From the NCBI GenBank assembly GCA_030725715.1, contig JANRFG010000027.1, forward strand, positions 2,649-66,648: a DNA stretch of 64,000 nucleotides, given 5' to 3'. The translations under genes were made by a program, and so were the position numbers. The DNA comes from Opitutales bacterium. Lineage in GTDB: Bacteria; Verrucomicrobiota; Verrucomicrobiia; Opitutales; UBA953. Below, one piece after another: positions 43,941 through 54,573 of this stretch; position 1 is the stretch's first letter; each line of letters begins with the position of its first letter. The notes under the pieces are model-generated. The model was not told the DNA's origin and did no database searches. It was given only the letters and a program-made list of their open reading frames with translations.

Positions 43941-45785
43941 TCAGCGGGCGATGAGGAACCAGGCCAGGAAGAGGGAGCCGATCACGATCCAGAGCGCGTA
44001 GGCGCGCGTCTGGCCGCGGTGGAAGGAACGGCCGGTGAGGTAGCCCAGCACCGCGGGGACGCCGCCGCCGATCCAGCGCACGGCGACGCCGTTGATCAGC
44101 AGGAGGTCGAGGAACGCGACGAACTCGGCGAGGCGACGCTGCACGGCGTCCACGTACCAGCGGTATACGCCGTCCATCCAGCGGTGTTCGAGGAGATGAT
44201 AGGTGCGGGGCGAGACGACCTGGAGGGCGTCGGCGCCGCGGACGGAGCCGTAGAACTTCAGGGCGCCGAGGAGGCCGACGACGAGCGAGACGAGACCGAC
44301 GATCGTCGAGGGGGCGGTGAGGTGGAAGGCGATCGCGTCGAGGGCGGGCTTGATCGGCTGGAGCGAACCGGCGGGCAGCAGGGTCGAGGCGAGGAAGCCG
44401 CCGGCGACGGAGTAGACGAGGCCGAGCACCACGAGGGGCAGGGTCATCGTCCACGGCGACTCATGCGCGTGGGAGGCTTCTTCGGAATTGGCTTCGCCGA
44501 GGAAGACGAGGCGGAGCATGCGACCGCTGTAGAGGCAGGTCGCGAGCGCGGCGAGGGACAGGAACGCGAAGATGGCGAAGTGGCCGTCGTGATAAGCGGC
44601 CTCGATGATGGCGTCCTTGGAGTACCAGCCGGCGAGGAAGGGCACGGCGCAGTTCGAGAGCGTCGCGGCGATGAAGGTCGCGGCGGTGAGCGGCATCTTC
44701 TTCAGCAGGCCGCCCATCTTGAGCATGTCCTGTTCGTGGTGGCAGCCATGGATGACGGAGCCGGCTCCGAGGAACAGCGTGGCCTTGAAGAACGCGTGCA
44801 TGGCCATGTGCATGAGCGCGAGCTCCGGATGGCCGAGGCCGAGCGCGCAGCCCATGATGCCGAGGTGCGCGAGGGTGGAGTAGGCGAGGGACTTCTTGAT
44901 GTCCGTCTGGGCGAGGGCGCAGAGGCCGGCGAGCGCGGCCATGCCGGCGCCGGAGACCGCGATGAACTGCAGGACCTCGGGGGCGAGCAGGAAGCTCACG
45001 CGGGCCATGAAGTAGACGCCGGCGGCGACCATCGTCGCGGCGTGGATGAGCGCGGAGACCGGCGTCGGGCCGGCCATGGCGTCGGTGAGCCAGACGTGGA
45101 GCGGGAACTGGGCGGACTTGCCGAGGAAGCCGCACATGAGCAGGGCGCCGACGGCTACGGGGATGGTCTTGGCGGCGGCGGCATGGTCCTTGAGCGCGGC
45201 GAAGTCCAGCGTGCCGTAGAGCGAGAGGCACATGGCGATGCCGAGGATGAACCCGAGGTCGCCGACGCGGTTGACGATGAAGGCCTTCTTCGAGGCGGCG
45301 GCGGCGAAGTCCTTGTCGAAGTAGTGCGCGATCAGCATGTAGGAGCTGAAGCCCACGAGCTCCCAGAAGACGAACGTCATGAGCAGGTTGTCGGCGACGA
45401 CGATACCCAGGATGGAGAACATGAAGATCGAGAGACCGGCGAAGAAACGACCGCGGGCCGCGTCCTCCTGCATATACCCGACGGAGAAGAGGTGGATCCA
45501 CGCGGCGACGAACGAGACCACGAAGAGCATCAGGCGCGCGTTGGCGTCCAGGAGGTAGCCGAAGCCGAGGCTCACGCCGCCGAACTTGGCGAGTTCGACG
45601 TGCCAGCGCACGTCGGCGCCCTGGGCGAGGAGATACAGCGAGAGGCCGGCGATGCCGAAGGCGGCGGCGGTGGAGAACCAGGCGGCGAAACCGCCCGCGC
45701 GGCGCAGGAACAGCGCGGAGAACGCGGCGGCGCCCAGCGGCAGGAACAGGATCCAGTGGACCAGGGACGAAAAGTCGGGGGACAT
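43941..45785 (-). CDS. nuoL: NADH-quinone oxidoreductase subunit L
   Basis: 614 aa. FWELVGFSSYMLI, GKSAQFPLHVWL.DAM.GPTPVSALIHAATMV. Confidence 0.9.
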   Translation of the reverse strand: MSPDFSSLVHWILFLPLGAAAFSALFLRRAGGFAAWFSTAAAFGIAGLSLYLLAQGADVRWHVELAKFGGVSLGFGYLLDANARLMLFVVSFVAAWIHLFSVGYMQEDAARGRFFAGLSIFMFSILGIVVADNLLMTFVFWELVGFSSYMLIAHYFDKDFAAAASKKAFIVNRVGDLGFILGIAMCLSLYGTLDFAALKDHAAAAKTIPVAVGALLMCGFLGKSAQFPLHVWLTDAMAGPTPVSALIHAATMVAAGVYFMARVSFLLAPEVLQFIAVSGAGMAALAGLCALAQTDIKKSLAYSTLAHLGIMGCALGLGHPELALMHMAMHAFFKATLFLGAGSVIHGCHHEQDMLKMGGLLKKMPLTAATFIAATLSNCAVPFLAGWYSKDAIIEAAYHDGHFAIFAFLSLAALATCLYSGRMLRLVFLGEANSEEASHAHESPWTMTLPLVVLGLVYSVAGGFLASTLLPAGSLQPIKPALDAIAFHLTAPSTIVGLVSLVVGLLGALKFYGSVRGADALQVVSPRTYHLLEHRWMDGVYRWYVDAVQRRLAEFVAFLDLLLINGVAVRWIGGGVPAVLGYLTGRSFHRGQTRAYALWIVIGSLFLAWFLIAR

Positions 45786-45795
45786 CGGAAAAGGC

Positions 45796-46104
45796 TTAGT
45801 CGCGGAGGGTGGTGAGCGCGTCGGACTGCACGGTGCCGCGCTTGCGGAACAGGGCCACGATCAGCGCGAGGCCGACGGCGACCTCGGCGGCCGCGACGGT
45901 GATGACGAAGAAGACGAGGACGGCGCCGTCCATGGTGCGGTTGAAACGCGAGAAGGCGACGAGCGCCAGCGTGGCGGCCGCGAGCATGAGCTCGAGGCAC
46001 ATGTAGACGACGAGCAGGTTGCGGCGCACGAGGACGCCGGTGAGGCCGAGCACGAACAGGAGTCCGGCCAGGAGGAGGTGATGCGCGAGGGCGGTGTTTT
46101 CCAT
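45796..46104 (-). CDS. nuoK: NADH-quinone oxidoreductase subunit K
   Basis: 102 aa with three TM helices. [10 protein letters not shown]...[13 protein letters not shown]. Confidence 0.9.
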   Translation of the reverse strand: MENTALAHHLLLAGLLFVLGLTGVLVRRNLLVVYMCLELMLAAATLALVAFSRFNRTMDGAVLVFFVITVAAAEVAVGLALIVALFRKRGTVQSDALTTLRD

Positions 46105-46114
46105 GGCGGCGTGC

Positions 46115-46648
46115 TCAGGCTTGGTTCTCGGGGTTGTCCTTGCTCAGGGACACGACGCCGACGAGGGCGACGAGGAGCAGGAAGCCGGCGATTTCCAGCG
46201 GGAGGAGATACTTGGAGTAGAGGAGTCGGCCGAACGCCTTGGCGGCGGTGACGAATTCGGCGGGGTTCGTCGACAGCTCAGGCGGCGTGGCGCCGGCCTT
46301 GACGGTCGAGACGGCGCCCGACCAGTGGAAGAGCCAGACGACGGAGGCGGCGAGGAGGAAGAAGACGGCCAGACCGAGCGCGGCGGTCTTCCAAGGATAA
46401 GCACCCTGCGGATCCTCGGTATCGAGGAGCATGATGATGAAGAGGAACAGCACCATGACGGCGCCGGCGTAGACGAGGACCTGCAGGACGCCGAGGAAGT
46501 AGGCGTCGAGGAGGAAGAAGTCCGCGGCCACCCCGACCAGGGCCAGGATCATCCCCATGGCGGAGGTCACCGCGTTGCGGCTGAGGACCAAGAGAAGAGC
46601 CGCCCCGAGGGTCAGGGCAGCGAAGAAAATAAACAGGCCGTCCGGCAT
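46115..46648 (-). CDS. nuoJ: NADH-quinone oxidoreductase subunit J
   Basis: 177 aa. [45 protein letters not shown]. Confidence 0.9.
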   Translation of the reverse strand: MPDGLFIFFAALTLGAALLLVLSRNAVTSAMGMILALVGVAADFFLLDAYFLGVLQVLVYAGAVMVLFLFIIMLLDTEDPQGAYPWKTAALGLAVFFLLAASVVWLFHWSGAVSTVKAGATPPELSTNPAEFVTAAKAFGRLLYSKYLLPLEIAGFLLLVALVGVVSLSKDNPENQA

Positions 46649-46783
46649 GTCGCGGAAGGTAGGGTGGGGGTGGGCGTTGGAAAGGAGAAAACGCCCCTAA
46701 ACGCCCTTTTTTGCCACTTTATGGGGGGCATCAGCCCCCGACCGACCCTAACCCCCTAATTATGACCGAAATCAGTCAATACC

Positions 46784-47254
46784 TCAGAGGGGCCGGTGTC
46801 GGCGCATCTCGCAGGTGGGGTGCCGGGCGATGACCTCCCCGGCGTCGAACTTGCCCGTCCAGTCAGGGAAAAAGGCGTCCGCCTCAGGCTCCATGGCCAC
46901 ATGGGTGAGGATCAGCTCGGCGCACCAGGGGAGGGCCTCCGCGTAGAGGGCGGCCCCGCCGGCGAGGAAAAGGGTCTTGGATGGCTCGACCCGGGCGGCC
47001 TCCTGCCAGTCCTTGGCGACGATCACGCCGGGCGCGCTGAAACCGGAACGGCTGAGCACGACGGTGGTCCGACCGGGCAACGGACGGCCGATGGATTCGT
47101 AGGTCTTCCGTCCCATGAGCAGGACCTGGCCCATGGTGGTCGCCTTGAAGAACGCGAAGTCCTCCGGGATGCGCCACGGCAGCTTGTTGTGCAGGCCGAT
47201 GCCGCGATTGCGCGCGACGGCCGCGATGGCGATGAGCGGTCGGCCGAGGTCCAC
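46784..47254 (-). CDS. folA: dihydrofolate reductase
   Basis: 156 aa. IAAVARNRGIG..NKLPW.IPEDFAFFK..T.G..LLMGRKTYESIGRPLPGR. Confidence 0.9.
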   Translation of the reverse strand: MDLGRPLIAIAAVARNRGIGLHNKLPWRIPEDFAFFKATTMGQVLLMGRKTYESIGRPLPGRTTVVLSRSGFSAPGVIVAKDWQEAARVEPSKTLFLAGGAALYAEALPWCAELILTHVAMEPEADAFFPDWTGKFDAGEVIARHPTCEMRRHRPL

Positions 47255-47258
47255 GGCT

Positions 47259-48104
47259 TCAGATGGCGACCGGCGCCTTGATCGCCGGATGCGGGTCGTA
47301 GCCTTCGACGGAGATGTCTTCGAACTTGAACGCGAAGAGGTCCTTCACGTCGGGGTTCAGCACCAGGCGGGGCAGGGCGCGCGTCTCGCGCGAGAGCTGC
47401 AGATCGACCTGCTCCACATGGTTGGAATAGATGTGCGCGTCGCCGAAGGTGTGCACGAAATGGCCCGGTTTCAGGCCCGTGACCTGCGCGATCATGTGCG
47501 TGAGCATCGCGTAGCTGGCGATGTTGAACGGCACGCCGAGGAAGAGGTCCGCGCTGCGCTGATACAGCTGGCAGCTGAGGCGCCCGTCGGTCGAGACGTA
47601 GAACTGGAAGAGCGTGTGGCAGGGCGGCAGGGCGACCTGGTCGGCCTCCTCGGGATTCCAGCCGGAGACGATCAGGCGGCGGCTCGAAGGGTTGCGCTTG
47701 ATCTCTTCGACCACGCGGCGGACCTGGTCGACGCCGTCGTTCGCGAAGGTGCCGTCGGGCTGCTTCGTCGCCCCGAAATTGCGCCATTGGTGGCCGTAGA
47801 CGGGCCCGAGGTCACCGGCGGAGCGGCCGAACTTGGCGCACTGCTCTTCGGTGGCCCATTCGTTCCAGATGCTGACGCCGCGCTCGGTGAGCCAGGCGTT
47901 CTGGGTGCTGCCGGAGAGGAACCAGAGGAGCTCGTGCGTGATCGACTTGAGGTGGACCTTCTTGGTCGTCACCAGCGGGAAGCCTTCGGCGAGGTCGAAG
48001 CGGAGCTGCGCCCCGAAGATGCCGATCGTGCCCGTGCCGGTGCGGTCGCCCCGGATTTCTCCGTGCTGCCGGACGTGGCGAAGCAGGTCGAGGTAGGCCT
48101 TCAT
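47259..48104 (-). CDS. thyA: thymidylate synthase (ThyA type)
   Basis: 281 aa. YLDLLRHV...[42 protein letters not shown]. Confidence 0.95.
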   Translation of the reverse strand: MKAYLDLLRHVRQHGEIRGDRTGTGTIGIFGAQLRFDLAEGFPLVTTKKVHLKSITHELLWFLSGSTQNAWLTERGVSIWNEWATEEQCAKFGRSAGDLGPVYGHQWRNFGATKQPDGTFANDGVDQVRRVVEEIKRNPSSRRLIVSGWNPEEADQVALPPCHTLFQFYVSTDGRLSCQLYQRSADLFLGVPFNIASYAMLTHMIAQVTGLKPGHFVHTFGDAHIYSNHVEQVDLQLSRETRALPRLVLNPDVKDLFAFKFEDISVEGYDPHPAIKAPVAI

Positions 48105-48208
48105 GGGTCTCGGTTATTCTCCGGAAAGCCCCCGCCGCAACACGGAAAGCCGAACCTTTCGCCCTTGCCTCCCCGCCTTCCCGGAGACACCCCTTGCGGG
48201 TAGCCCAC

Positions 48209-49693
48209 ATGAGCGAAAAGCCCGACCTCAACGCGATCTCCCACGACCTCCACGCGGTCCGGAAAGAGAAGCTCGCCCTCCTCCGCGCCGCCGGCGAAGA
48301 CCCGTTCCGCGCCGAGTGGGACCAGACCCATGTCTCGAACGAATGCCCGGCCCTCCTGCCCGAAGGCGTCGAGGAAGGTCCCGAGGTCTCCGTCGCCGGC
48401 CGCATCGTCGCCCTGCGCGTCATGGGCAAGGCCAGCTTCGTCAAGCTGCTCGACCGCGGCGGCATCATCCAGACCTACTTCACCCGCGACGCCTTGGGCG
48501 ACGCGTACGACACCCACTTCAAGAAGCTGGTCGATTCCGGCGACTTCGTCGGCGTCCGCGGCAAGCTCTTCCGTACCAAGACCGGCGAAGTCACCGTCCG
48601 CGTCTCCGAATACAAGCTGGTCTCGAAGTCCCTCCGCCCGCTGCCCGAGAAGTGGGCCGGCCTGACCGACGCCGAGAAGATCTACCGCCAGCGCTACCTC
48701 GACCTGGTCGTCAACGAGGAGTCCCGCCGCCGTCTCTTCATCCGCAGCCGCGTGGTCGAATCGATCCGCCGCTTCCTCTGGAGCCGCCAGTTCACCGAAG
48801 TCGAGACCCCGGCCCTGCACGCCATCGCCGGCGGCGCCGCGGCCCGTCCGTTCGAGACGCACTCCAACGCCCTCGACTGCGACTTCTACCTGCGCATCGC
48901 CCTCGAGCTGCACCTCAAGCGCTGCCTCGTCGGCGGCATGGACCGCGTCTTCGAGATCGGCCGCGTCTTCCGTAACGAAGGCGTCTCGGTGAAGCACAGC
49001 CCCGAATTCACGATGCTCGAGGCCTACCAGGCCTATACCGACTACCGCGGCATGATGGAACTCGTCCGCTCGATGATCCAGAAGGTCTGCGCCGAAGTCC
49101 TCGGCACCACCACCGTCGTCCGCCCGGACGGCGTGGCCATCGAACTCGGCGGCGAATGGCGCGAAGCGAAGTACAAGGACCTCATCCTCGAGCGCACGGG
49201 CGACCCGCAGTGGTTCTCGCGCACGAAGGAGGAGAAGATCGCCGCCTGCAAGGCCCTCGGCCTCCACGAGCCGCGCGCCGACTGGGAGGACTACGAGGTC
49301 ACCAACGAGGTGTTCGGCAAGCTCATCGAGCCGGGCCTCATCCAGCCGACCTTCGTCACGCATATCCCGAAGGAACTCTGCCCGCTCGCCAAGGTCACGC
49401 TCGCCGACGAATCGACCATCGACGTCTTCGAGCTCTGCATCAACGGCCAGGAGATCGCTCCGGCCTACTCCGAGCAGAACGACCCGGGCGTGCAGCGCAA
49501 GATGCTGGAACTGCAGGCCGGTTTCGAGACCCAGAAGATCGACGAAGATTTCCTCCTCGCGCTCGAGCACGGCATGCCCCCCGCGGGCGGCCTCGGCATC
49601 GGCATCGACCGCCTGGTGATCCTGCTGACCGGCGCGGCCAATATCCGCGACGTCATCCTGTTCCCGACGCTCGCGCCCGAAGCGCAGGCCTGA
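48209..49693 (+). CDS. lysS: lysine--tRNA ligase (class II)
   Basis: ATG at 48209 (the track ORF starts at TTG 48194). RQRYLDL, FTEVETPAL, RVFEIGRVFRNEG, GLGIGIDRLVILL. Confidence 0.9.
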   Translation: MSEKPDLNAISHDLHAVRKEKLALLRAAGEDPFRAEWDQTHVSNECPALLPEGVEEGPEVSVAGRIVALRVMGKASFVKLLDRGGIIQTYFTRDALGDAYDTHFKKLVDSGDFVGVRGKLFRTKTGEVTVRVSEYKLVSKSLRPLPEKWAGLTDAEKIYRQRYLDLVVNEESRRRLFIRSRVVESIRRFLWSRQFTEVETPALHAIAGGAAARPFETHSNALDCDFYLRIALELHLKRCLVGGMDRVFEIGRVFRNEGVSVKHSPEFTMLEAYQAYTDYRGMMELVRSMIQKVCAEVLGTTTVVRPDGVAIELGGEWREAKYKDLILERTGDPQWFSRTKEEKIAACKALGLHEPRADWEDYEVTNEVFGKLIEPGLIQPTFVTHIPKELCPLAKVTLADESTIDVFELCINGQEIAPAYSEQNDPGVQRKMLELQAGFETQKIDEDFLLALEHGMPPAGGLGIGIDRLVILLTGAANIRDVILFPTLAPEAQA

Positions 49694-49703
49694 GTCCTTC
49701 CCC

Positions 49704-50924
49704 TTGCCCTGGTTCCTCCATCTCGCCCTCCGCCAGCTCTTTCCTCCCGGTAAGCGCTTCCCGGCGTTCGCGACGGTGTCGATCCTCGGCGTGGGCCTCG
49801 GCGTCGCGTCGTTGCTCGTCGTGCAGACGGTGATGAACGGCTTCGGCGAGGAGCACCGCCTCCGCATCCGCGAATCTTTCGGCGATTGTCAGGTCACGGG
49901 CGCCGCCACCCTCGAGCAGCCCGAGGCGCTCGCGAAGCGGCTCGCCGCCCGCCCGGAGGTCGCCTCCGCCGCGCTCTACGCCGAAGGCCCCGCGCTCGCG
50001 CGCCAAGGTGACTTCTCGGGCATCGCCCAGGTCCGCGGCATCGATCCCGCCGATCCCAATCAGCCGGCCCGCAAGTACGTGCACGGTGGCACCTTCGACG
50101 ACCTCGACGACGGACGCATCATCCTGGGCGTAGGCCTCGCCCGCGCCCTCCGCGTCCGCGTCGGCGACCGCCTCGAGATCTGGTCGCCCGCGATGGCCGA
50201 ACGCGCCGAGAAGGGCAAGGCCCCGCTGCCGGCCGAATTCGAGGTCAGCGCGGTGATCCTCACGGGCTTCGCCGAAGTCGACAACGCCGCCGCGCTCATC
50301 CCGCTCCGCCGCTTCCGCGAACTCTGGAACCTCGGGCCGCGCGCCCACGGCCTCACGCTCCGCCTCAAGGATCCCGCGCGCGCCGTCGAGACGGCGGGTC
50401 TCCTTAGGGCTAGTAACCCCGGCCTGCGCTTCCGTCCGTGGCAGGATTTCAAGAAGGACTTCCTCGAGGCCATCCGCTTCGAGAAGACGATGCTCTTCTT
50501 CCTGATGTTCATCATCACGCTCGTCGCTTCGTTCTCGATCGGCAGCACGCTCTTCTCCGCCGTCATCCGCCGCTCCCGCGAGGTCGGCGTGCTCGCCTCG
50601 CTCGGCGCCGCCCGCCTGCAGGTGGTCGCGCTCTTCGGCCTGCAGGGCCTGCTCATCGGCGCCCTGGGCACGTTCCTCGGCTTCGTGCTGACGTGGACGA
50701 TCCTCGCCTTCCGCGACGCGATCCTGAGCGGCATCAACGCCTGCTTCGGCGACGGCGACATGATGGCCAACATCTACCAGTTCTCGAAGGTGCCGCTGCA
50801 TTACGACGCGTCCGATTTCGTCATCGCCGCGGCCTTCACGCTCCTGACCACGGCCATCGCCGGCCTGGTGCCCGCGCTCTGGGCCGCCGGTCGCAAACCC
50901 TCGGAGGCCATGCGCGATGCCTGA
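49704..50924 (+). CDS. ABC transporter permease, LolC/LolE (FtsX-like) family
   Basis: 406 aa. MacB-like periplasmic domain and a C-terminal FtsX domain. It overlaps the following ATPase gene by 8 nt. Confidence 0.8.
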   Translation: MPWFLHLALRQLFPPGKRFPAFATVSILGVGLGVASLLVVQTVMNGFGEEHRLRIRESFGDCQVTGAATLEQPEALAKRLAARPEVASAALYAEGPALARQGDFSGIAQVRGIDPADPNQPARKYVHGGTFDDLDDGRIILGVGLARALRVRVGDRLEIWSPAMAERAEKGKAPLPAEFEVSAVILTGFAEVDNAAALIPLRRFRELWNLGPRAHGLTLRLKDPARAVETAGLLRASNPGLRFRPWQDFKKDFLEAIRFEKTMLFFLMFIITLVASFSIGSTLFSAVIRRSREVGVLASLGAARLQVVALFGLQGLLIGALGTFLGFVLTWTILAFRDAILSGINACFGDGDMMANIYQFSKVPLHYDASDFVIAAAFTLLTTAIAGLVPALWAAGRKPSEAMRDA

Positions 50925-51588
50925 CCTCGTCCTCCAGGCCCGCGGTCTCGCGAAGAGCTTCGCTTCGCCGGCCGGCCCGTTGCCGGTGCTGACGGACGTC
51001 TCGCTCGAGGTCTTCGCCGGCGAGTCGGTCTCCATCCGCGGTTCCTCCGGTTCGGGCAAGACGACGCTGCTCCAGCAGCTCGGCGGTCTCGATCAGCCGG
51101 ATGCCGGCGAGGTCCGCATCCTCGCCCCCGGCGCCGGTCTCGTCGCCCCGCGCACTTCCCTCGGTCGTGGCGTGGGCTTCGTCTTCCAGAACTACCAGCT
51201 GATGCCCGAGCTCACCGCGCTCGAGAACGTCGCCCTCGCCGCGCGCATCGCCGGCACGCCGGAGCTTTCCGCGGACGCGGCCGCCCGCGCGCTGCTTACG
51301 CAGGTCGGTCTCGGCACGCGCCTCGAACACCTGCCGGCGAAGCTTTCCGGCGGCGAATGCCAGCGCGTCGCCATCGCCCGCGCCCTGGTCAACCGTCCTT
51401 CGGTCATCCTGGCCGACGAACCGACCGGTAATCTCGACGAACGTACGGGCGTCGAGATCATGGATCTCCTCCTCGGCGTCGTGGCCGACCGCGGCGCGGC
51501 CTTGGTCCTGGTCACGCACAGCCGCGAGTTCGCCGAACGCGCCGGCCGCCGGCTGGTCCTCTCGGGCGGCGTGCTTTCCCCCGCCTGA
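50917..51588 (+). CDS. lolD: ABC transporter ATP-binding protein (LolD-like)
   Basis: 223 aa. Walker [12 protein letters not shown], signature [15 protein letters not shown], Walker [12 protein letters not shown]. Confidence 0.8.
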   Translation: MPDLVLQARGLAKSFASPAGPLPVLTDVSLEVFAGESVSIRGSSGSGKTTLLQQLGGLDQPDAGEVRILAPGAGLVAPRTSLGRGVGFVFQNYQLMPELTALENVALAARIAGTPELSADAAARALLTQVGLGTRLEHLPAKLSGGECQRVAIARALVNRPSVILADEPTGNLDERTGVEIMDLLLGVVADRGAALVLVTHSREFAERAGRRLVLSGGVLSPA

Positions 51589-51627
51589 TTTGACAATACG
51601 GCGGGGCAGTGGTTGTCTGACGTTCTC

Positions 51628-52278
51628 ATGAACGCCGCCCTCACGCCCGCCCAGCTCCTCGCTTCCCTTGAATGGCGCTACGCCACCAAGGCCTTCGACA
51701 CCCGTAAGCTGCCGGAAGCCACCTGGGCCGCGCTCGAGGAGTCGCTCCGTCTGGCGCCGTCCTCTTACGGTCTCCAGCCGTGGAAGTTCATCGTGGTCAA
51801 CGACCCGGCCCTCCGTGCCAAGCTCCGTCCGGTCTCATGGAACCAGTCGCAGGTCACCGACGCCTCCCATCTCGTGGTCTTCGCCCGTCGCACCGAAATC
51901 ACGGAGAAGGACGTGAACGAATTCTTCAATCAGATGGTCTCCGAACGCGGCGCCGATGCCACGAAGCTCGAGCCCTACCGCCAGATGATGCTCGGCGGAG
52001 TGGTCAATGGTAAGGACGCCGCCGGTCAGAAGGAATGGGCGGCCCGTCAGCTCTATATCGCCCTCGGACAGCTCATGGGCGCCGCCGCGGCGATGGCCAT
52101 CGATACTTGTGCGCTCGAAGGCATCGACCCCGCCGCCTACACGGAGATCCTCGGACTCCAGGGCACGGGTTACGAAGTCGTCGTCGCCTGCGCCGTCGGC
52201 TACCGCTCGTCGGAAGACAAGTATGCCGGCATGAAGAAGATCCGCTTCCCGGCCGCGCGCGTCATCAGCCGCGTCTGA
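51628..52278 (+). CDS. NAD(P)H-dependent oxidoreductase (nitroreductase family)
   Basis: ATG at 51628 (the track ORF starts at TTG 51613). [23 protein letters not shown], and a C-terminal RFP motif. Confidence 0.8.
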   Translation: MNAALTPAQLLASLEWRYATKAFDTRKLPEATWAALEESLRLAPSSYGLQPWKFIVVNDPALRAKLRPVSWNQSQVTDASHLVVFARRTEITEKDVNEFFNQMVSERGADATKLEPYRQMMLGGVVNGKDAAGQKEWAARQLYIALGQLMGAAAAMAIDTCALEGIDPAAYTEILGLQGTGYEVVVACAVGYRSSEDKYAGMKKIRFPAARVISRV

Positions 52279-54573
52279 TCAGCTGCGGGCGGACCAGCTC
52301 ACGAACTCGTCGTCGTCGGCCAGCACCTGCGGGTCACCGTATTCCGTCGAGAGCAGGCTGCGGTAGGCTTCGTCGGCGAAACGTCGGCAGTGCAGGAGCA
52401 CCCGCGCCGAATGGCCGGGCGCACGCACGAGACGTCCGAGCGCCTGATTGACCTTGCGCATGCCGGGACGGACATACGCGAGGGAGAAGGCATCCTCAGC
52501 GCCGGCTTCGACGAACATCTTGCGGCGGGCTTCCTGGAGGGCGTTGACCTCCGGAAGCGCCGGCCCGATCACCACGGCGGAGCGGATGCGTCCGCCGAGC
52601 ATGTCGACGCCTTCGCCGAGCGAGCCGCCGAGGATGAGGCAGAGAATGGTGTAGCGATTGAGCGAATCCTCGACGAACCGGGCGGTGCCTTCGGGGCCGA
52701 GTCCGCGTGGCTGCAGGGCGACGTCGGCCTTGGGTTCGAGGTTCTTGACTTCTTTCACCGCGGCTTCGGCGTATTTATACGAGGGGAAGAACGCGGCGAC
52801 CGCGCCTTCCTGCGAGAGGCGGAGCAGTGCGGCGGCGGTGCGCGCGATGTGCGTGTCGCGCGTCTTGAGGCGCGTGTCCACCCGTCCGTCGATGGCGACG
52901 GTGTAGGCCCCCTGGCGCCACGGCGAGAGGGCGTGCACGGTCACGAGATGATCGGAGTCGAGGCCGCAGTCGGCGGCGAGCGAGCCGCGCGGCCCGGGCG
53001 TCGCGGTCATCAGCAAGGTATGTCCGAAGCCGCGTAAGCGTTCGCCGGTGGCCTTGGCGGCGGAAAGGCAATCGAGGCTGAGCAGGCCGGGTTTCGGTGA
53101 CCAGAGGAGCCAGCCGAGGTCGGCGGCTTCGAGTCGGTCGGACCACGAAGCGGCGTTCCACACGGCCTGCTTGGCGGCGTCCGGGAGGTCGTCGGTGTTG
53201 AACGGGTGTTCGGCCGCGAGCACGGACATCCGTTCCGCGATGGCCATCGCTTCGATCCGGTCGTCCGGGGAGAGCACGTCGGCCTTCGGCAGCCGATGCA
53301 GGAAGTCGGCCCACATCTGGGCGGTCTGGCACCAGGCTTCGGGGGCGCGGAAGCGGGTGAGCGTGAACGCGAAGTCCGCCGCGGACTGATCGTCGTCGCG
53401 GAGCGAAAGGCACTCCGCCGCGCGGTCGGGCAGGTTGTGGGCTTCGTCGACGACGAGCACGGTGTCGGGCATGTCCCAGCCGGGCACGGTCTCGAGGGCG
53501 GCGCGGTTGCGCGGCGAGAAGACGTAGTTGTAGTCGCAGATCACCACGTCGGCGTGCGCGAGCATCGCCTTGGTGATGTCCCACGGCGGCACGCCGGCGA
53601 GGCGGCCGATCTCGCGGACGCGCCGGAGGTCGGCGGCTTCTTCCAGCAGGTGCTGCGGATCGATCTTCGCGTTGGCCCAGTTGCGGCGGATCTGCTCGGG
53701 GTCGTCGGTGATGCCTTCGACCTCGTGTTCGGCGCGGGGACGCAGGAGCACGGCGCGGAGCTCGTGGCTGCGGGCGAGTCGACGGAGTTCGGTGAGCACC
53801 TGCGTCTGGCCCGTGCCTTTGCCGGTGAGGTAGAGCAGACGGCCGGCGCGGCCCCCGCGGAGGAGGCCGAGGCCGTGACGCAAGGCCGCGGAGGTCTTGC
53901 CGAAGCCGGTCGGCGCGACGAGCAGGCGGGTCGGCGAATCGAGGCCGGCCTGGTCGAGGTCGGCGCCGCACTGCAGCCATTCCGGACGCGGTTCCTTGAA
54001 CGGGAGGCGGTCGGGCAGGTTGAGGAGCCGGGCGTGGCTCGCGCGGCGGTTCTCGGCGTGCGCCGCGAGCGTCTCCGCCTGCGCCAGCAGGTCGGCCTCG
54101 GCGGAGCGGGGCAGGGCGACGGGCTGACGCGTGCCGTCGGCGGGATCGATGAAGATCAGTTCGCCTTTCACCTCGCGCGCGCCGGAACCGAGGCGGGCGG
54201 CGTGGCAGTAGGCGGCGAGCTGGAGGAAGTGGTGCGCGAAGCGGCCGAGGAGGAACTCCGGTTTGCGCGGCAGCTTGAGGCTGATCGTCTTGATCTCGCG
54301 GATGCTCACCTCGGTCTCCGTCTCCCTCCACTGGTCGGCGCGGCCGGTGATGGCGATCGTCCAGCCGAGGGCGCCGACCTCGCAGGCGATGGTGCGTTCG
54401 AACTGCCAGCCCTGGCCTTCGGCTTCGGCGACCTTGCGCATCGTCTCGTGCCACTGGCGGCCCGCTTCGGCGCGCCACGGGGCGCCGCCGGCGCCCGCGC
54501 CCGGTCCGGGGCGGAACGTCGCGAACTCCTGCGCGCTCAGTTCGACGCGCCTGGCCTTGAGGTCGATGCGCAT
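52279..54573 (-). CDS. fusion of a RecB/Cas4-like PD-(D/E)xK nuclease domain and a DinG/XPD-like SF2 helicase
   Basis: Internal ATG at 54573 gives 764 aa. N-terminal region: GRADQW ... IREIKT ... FLQLAAY (D, ExK and QxxxY motifs). Helicase region: APTGFGKTSA (motif I), VVDEAHNL (DEAH), LGGSLGEGVDMLG, QALGRLVR. There is no Cys cluster between motifs I and II. Confidence 0.65.
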   Translation of the reverse strand: MRIDLKARRVELSAQEFATFRPGPGAGAGGAPWRAEAGRQWHETMRKVAEAEGQGWQFERTIACEVGALGWTIAITGRADQWRETETEVSIREIKTISLKLPRKPEFLLGRFAHHFLQLAAYCHAARLGSGAREVKGELIFIDPADGTRQPVALPRSAEADLLAQAETLAAHAENRRASHARLLNLPDRLPFKEPRPEWLQCGADLDQAGLDSPTRLLVAPTGFGKTSAALRHGLGLLRGGRAGRLLYLTGKGTGQTQVLTELRRLARSHELRAVLLRPRAEHEVEGITDDPEQIRRNWANAKIDPQHLLEEAADLRRVREIGRLAGVPPWDITKAMLAHADVVICDYNYVFSPRNRAALETVPGWDMPDTVLVVDEAHNLPDRAAECLSLRDDDQSAADFAFTLTRFRAPEAWCQTAQMWADFLHRLPKADVLSPDDRIEAMAIAERMSVLAAEHPFNTDDLPDAAKQAVWNAASWSDRLEAADLGWLLWSPKPGLLSLDCLSAAKATGERLRGFGHTLLMTATPGPRGSLAADCGLDSDHLVTVHALSPWRQGAYTVAIDGRVDTRLKTRDTHIARTAAALLRLSQEGAVAAFFPSYKYAEAAVKEVKNLEPKADVALQPRGLGPEGTARFVEDSLNRYTILCLILGGSLGEGVDMLGGRIRSAVVIGPALPEVNALQEARRKMFVEAGAEDAFSLAYVRPGMRKVNQALGRLVRAPGHSARVLLHCRRFADEAYRSLLSTEYGDPQVLADDDEFVSWSARS

